From contig JAYTVN010000048.1 in NCBI GenBank assembly GCA_043743975.1, positions 21,984 through 85,983 of the forward strand: a stretch of DNA of 64,000 nt, given 5' to 3'. Origin of the DNA: Cypionkella sp. Its GTDB lineage: Bacteria > Pseudomonadota > Alphaproteobacteria > Rhodobacterales > Rhodobacteraceae. The position numbers and the translations under genes are program-made. Below are positions 60,738 through 64,000 of this stretch, in pieces (within the stretch, counting starts at the first letter, position 1; each line of letters starts with the position of its first letter). The notes below the pieces were generated by a model. It was not told the origin of the DNA. It did no database searches and saw only the letters and a program-made list of their open reading frames with translations.

Positions 60738-61372
60738 TTCACCTCCAACGACACCGGGGTGATCATCCAGCTTTTCGGGTTTACCAGCTTGAACGCGCCG
60801 ACCACAGCGACGGTTTTGCCTGTCAACGCAGAGTTATCAATCCCGTCCAGCACCAGCTTTTTCATCTCTTTGTTCAGCGCCGATCCGGCATCCTGATATT
60901 CGATCTGATTGGTGAACTGCGAAAAGCTGATCTCGCCCGTGGCATCACGCAGTTCGGTGCCGTTGATCGCAGGCCCGGTCTGCACGCGCAGCCGCAACAG
61001 CGCGGGAATGCCTGCAACATCAACGTAGTAGATGCCAGATTTGCCTTCACCCACCACGCCTTCCAGCTTCACCGAATACACACCACTGACAGAATATTTC
61101 GCCTCTGCCGCCTTTGGATCGGCGGCAATCGCCGTCGCCAATTCCACCGCCTCCACCGCCCGCGCGGTGACATTGGCCTGCACTTTCGGAAAGGTTTCCG
61201 CGCCAAATGCCTCGGGCGAAAACACCGCCGCGCGCACGTCTTGATCCGAGCCGATCCGCACCACCGTCGTGTCCAGCGCCATAGCCGCCAGCACCGCCAC
61301 GACCACGGCGGCGGTGATCAGAGTTGCGCGTTTGGCGCGGGGCTGCGGCGCGATGTCGGACGGTTGGCTCAT
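60734..61372 (-). CDS. DUF2291-family protein
   Basis: VQTGPAINGTELRDA...F..FTNQIEY motif. Confidence 0.88.
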   Translation of the reverse strand: MSQPSDIAPQPRAKRATLITAAVVVAVLAAMALDTTVVRIGSDQDVRAAVFSPEAFGAETFPKVQANVTARAVEAVELATAIAADPKAAEAKYSVSGVYSVKLEGVVGEGKSGIYYVDVAGIPALLRLRVQTGPAINGTELRDATGEISFSQFTNQIEYQDAGSALNKEMKKLVLDGIDNSALTGKTVAVVGAFKLVNPKSWMITPVSLEVK

Positions 61373-62027
61373 AGTGCTGCGACTTTCAGGTTAACGGCGG
61401 ATGTGTGGCGGGGCGCGGCTGTGAAAAACGCGCCGCGTGCCAAGCACCAGCGCCGCGCCAAGCCGCGATGCGGCTGCAAATTCAGCATGACTCCCCCCAA
61501 TCTGCCAATCTGCGCGGCGATTTCCTCCCGCCGTGCCGATCTGGCCTGTCGCACATCCATAACCGTGATAGAGTTATGGTATCAACGCTTAGAACAATGT
61601 TATAAGTTTTCACGTCTGTCAATCGAGTCTTTTGCGGGCGATCTGCCTGTATTCTCAGCGTCGCGCCCTAGGTTTTCGCCCGACCCGTGCGAGTCGTGGG
61701 CGATTTCTGCATCTGCGAAAGCTGCTGAGATGCGGCGAAAATAGGCGAAAGGCGGATATGAAATTGAGCTTAACATACTGGTAAATATTACTTATCTAGA
61801 GGTGTTCTCCGCCCAAGTTTTCTAAGGACGCGGCTGTGTGCCAACATCTCCGCGCGCCGCTCGGGATCGCGCCTCTTTGCCTTGGACTTTGGTTGACACA
61901 GAGCAGTTTATCTGAAAGAAATTACGGCGTCCGTAAAATAATTCATCTTCCATGTTATCTCTCTGTGATAATACGGCAAGACCAGTCGGAGGGGGCTGGG
62001 AAAGCACGCGGGCTTAGGGGAGGCGGC

Positions 62028-63596
62028 ATGGCAGAGCTTTTGATCGGCATTGATTCGGGCACTTCGGTGGTCAAAGCGGTGGCGTTTACTCTGAATGGCG
62101 CGCAAATCGCGGCCTTTGCGGTGCCCAACGCCTATGTGACCGGGGCCGATGGCAAGGCTACGCAAAGCCTTGCGCAAACCTGGGCCGATCGTGCGACAGC
62201 GCTGCGCGGCTTGGCCGAAAAAGTGCCGAACTTGGCCGCGCGCACGGCGGCGGTGTCGGTCACGGCGCAGGGCGATGGCACTTGGTTGGCGGGCCCGGGC
62301 AACACACCCATCGGCGACGCATGGTTGTGGCTGGATGCCCGCGCGGCACCCACCGTCGAACGTCTCGCCGCCAGTCCCGCCAATTGCGCCCGGTTTGAGG
62401 CGACAGGCACCGGGTTGAACACTTGCCAGCAGGGCAGCCAGATGGCGCATATCGACCGATTCCACCCCGAGCTGCTGGATGCCGCAGAGGTGGTATTACA
62501 TTGTAAAGACTGGCTTTATCTGAACCTGACCGGGGTGCGCGCCACCGACCCCTCGGAAGCCAGCTTCACCTTCGGCAATTTCCGCACGCGGCGCTATGAC
62601 GCTCAAGTGATCGAGGCTTTGGGCCTGAGCCATCGCCGCAGCCTGATGCCTGAGATCCTCGACGGCAGCCAGATCACCCATCCTTTGACGCCCGAGGCAG
62701 CCCAACAAACCGGCCTGCGCGCGGGCACGCCGGTCAGCCTTGGCTTTGTCGATATGGTGATGACGGCGCTGGGGGCGGGCGTGCATACCGGGGCGGCGGG
62801 GGCGGCCTGTTCCACCGTCGGCTCGACCGGCGTGCATATGCGCGCGACCCCAGTGGACGGCGTGCATCTGAACGCCGAGGGCACTGGCTATGTGATCTGC
62901 CTGCCGCTGCCGGGGATGGTGACACAGGTGCAAACCAATATGGCGGCGACGCTGAACATTGATTGGCTGCTGCGGATGGCGGCGGATCTGATGTCAGATT
63001 TCGGGCGACCCACCAAACATGCCGACCTCGTGCCGCTGATCGAAAGCTGGTTGGCCGCCAGCAAACCGGGGGCCTTGCTCTATCACCCCTATATCTCGGA
63101 AGCGGGCGAGCGTGGCCCCTTTGTCAACGCCGATGCCCGCGCGGGCTTTGTGGGGCTGAATTTCACCCACCGTTTCGCCGATCTTCTGCGCGCTGTGGTC
63201 GAAGGTCTGGGCATGGCGACCCGCGATTGCTACGCCGCAATGGGCGCTATGCCATTGGAATTGCGGCTGACCGGCGGGGCTGCGCGATCAAAAGGCCTGC
63301 GTGGCGTGTTGTCGGCGGCGACGGGTGCGCCGGTGCGGGTATCGGCGCGCGAGGAGGCCGGTGCTGCCGCCGCCGCGATGATGTCCGCCGTGGCGATTGG
63401 CGCCTATCCGTCGATGGACGCCTGCATTGCCGAATGGGTGACGCCCTTGCTGGGCGCGGCAGAGGCCCCCGATCCGGCGCTGACCGCCACCTATGCCGAA
63501 ACCTATCCCGCCTATAAATCCGCCCGCGAGGGGCTGACCGCCGCATGGTCACAGCTTGCGGACAGCCGCCAAGTCAAAGACAGGACCGCCGAATGA
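62028..63596 (+). CDS. eryA: Erythritol kinase (FGGY family)
   Basis: IGIDSGTSVVK, QGDGTWL, TDPSEASFTFG, GSTGVH, HPYISEAGERGPF; upstream of an eryB-like gene. Confidence 0.85.
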   Translation: MAELLIGIDSGTSVVKAVAFTLNGAQIAAFAVPNAYVTGADGKATQSLAQTWADRATALRGLAEKVPNLAARTAAVSVTAQGDGTWLAGPGNTPIGDAWLWLDARAAPTVERLAASPANCARFEATGTGLNTCQQGSQMAHIDRFHPELLDAAEVVLHCKDWLYLNLTGVRATDPSEASFTFGNFRTRRYDAQVIEALGLSHRRSLMPEILDGSQITHPLTPEAAQQTGLRAGTPVSLGFVDMVMTALGAGVHTGAAGAACSTVGSTGVHMRATPVDGVHLNAEGTGYVICLPLPGMVTQVQTNMAATLNIDWLLRMAADLMSDFGRPTKHADLVPLIESWLAASKPGALLYHPYISEAGERGPFVNADARAGFVGLNFTHRFADLLRAVVEGLGMATRDCYAAMGAMPLELRLTGGAARSKGLRGVLSAATGAPVRVSAREEAGAAAAAMMSAVAIGAYPSMDACIAEWVTPLLGAAEAPDPALTATYAETYPAYKSAREGLTAAWSQLADSRQVKDRTAE

Positions 63597-64000
63597 GCTT
63601 TAATAATTCTGAACATAGTATTTCTAACGATAGAAAAACTAACCATAGTTTTTCTGAGCCTAATTTGGTTGATCTGTTCGTCATTGGCGGTGGCATCAAT
63701 GGTGCTGGCATTGCCCGCGATGCGGCGGGGCGGGGCTTGTCGGTGGTGCTGTGTGAGAAGGATGATCTGGCGCAGGGCACCTCGTCGCGCTCCGGCAAGC
63801 TGGTGCATGGCGGGTTGCGTTACCTCGAATATTACGAATTTCGCCTTGTGCGTGAGGCCCTTATCGAACGCGAGGTTTTGCTGAGCGCAGCCCCGCATAT
63901 CATCTGGCCGATGCGGTTTGTGTTGCCACATTCACCCACCGACCGCCCAGCGTGGTTGGTTCGGTTGGGTCTGTTCCTCTACGATCACCTCGGCGGCCGC
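63593..64000 (+). CDS. eryB: Erythritol-phosphate dehydrogenase (GlpD family), truncated by window edge
   Basis: ATGA overlap with eryA; open frame MSFNNSEHSISNDRKTNHSFSEPNLVDLFVIGGGINGAGIARDA...TSSRSGKLVHGGLRYLEYYEFRLV. Confidence 0.82.
   Translation, partial: MSFNNSEHSISNDRKTNHSFSEPNLVDLFVIGGGINGAGIARDAAGRGLSVVLCEKDDLAQGTSSRSGKLVHGGLRYLEYYEFRLVREALIEREVLLSAAPHIIWPMRFVLPHSPTDRPAWLVRLGLFLYDHLGGR
63600..63659. repeat. Four AT-rich 15-bp units (LysR-box-like) in the eryB 5' end
   Basis: ttaataattctgaac / atagtatttctaacg / atagaaaaactaacc / atagtttttctgagc. Confidence 0.8.

Noticed and set aside
61373-62027. Small ORFs or an sRNA in the 650-bp divergent region of the erythritol locus
   Set aside because: ORFs lack RBS or motif support; the AT-rich patches are adequately explained as promoters and DeoR operators
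63594-63659. TGAGC flanks as a target-site duplication of the eryB array
   Set aside because: The copies are 61 bp apart, so precise removal would put eryB out of frame; a simple transposon scar is not supported

Overview
High-GC alphaproteobacterial chromosome segment, most consistent with Rhodobacteraceae/Paracoccaceae (inferred from gene content and order). The left part (1-24 kb) is mostly core genome: sdhCDA..B with three inserted ORFs, a LuxR/LuxI quorum-sensing locus with a divergent DNA-binding-less LuxR paralogue broken by one TGA, an alpha-methylserine-aldolase-like PLP enzyme with an aldo/keto reductase and a LysR regulator, deoD, the ethylmalonyl-CoA genes ecm and ccr, a RecD-like helicase, and rpsA-ihfB-lapA-trpF. 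The right part (24-64 kb) looks accessory: a LacI-controlled ABC/dihydroxyacetone-kinase operon showing decay, an RTX metalloprotease, an uncharacterised 10-gene sugar catabolic locus (ROK/P-loop fusion, class I aldolase, SorC regulator), modE-modABC, and an erythritol/polyol locus. The most unusual signal is a 4 x 15-bp array of TAG-N5-CTA LysR-type boxes that occurs in the LysR promoter (11062-11121) and again, 52 kb away, in frame inside the 5' end of eryB (63600-63659). The window also carries several homopolymer or repeat lesions and radical substitutions. No tRNA, rRNA, CRISPR array, transposase or integrase was seen. All calls come from reading motifs by eye; no database search was run.
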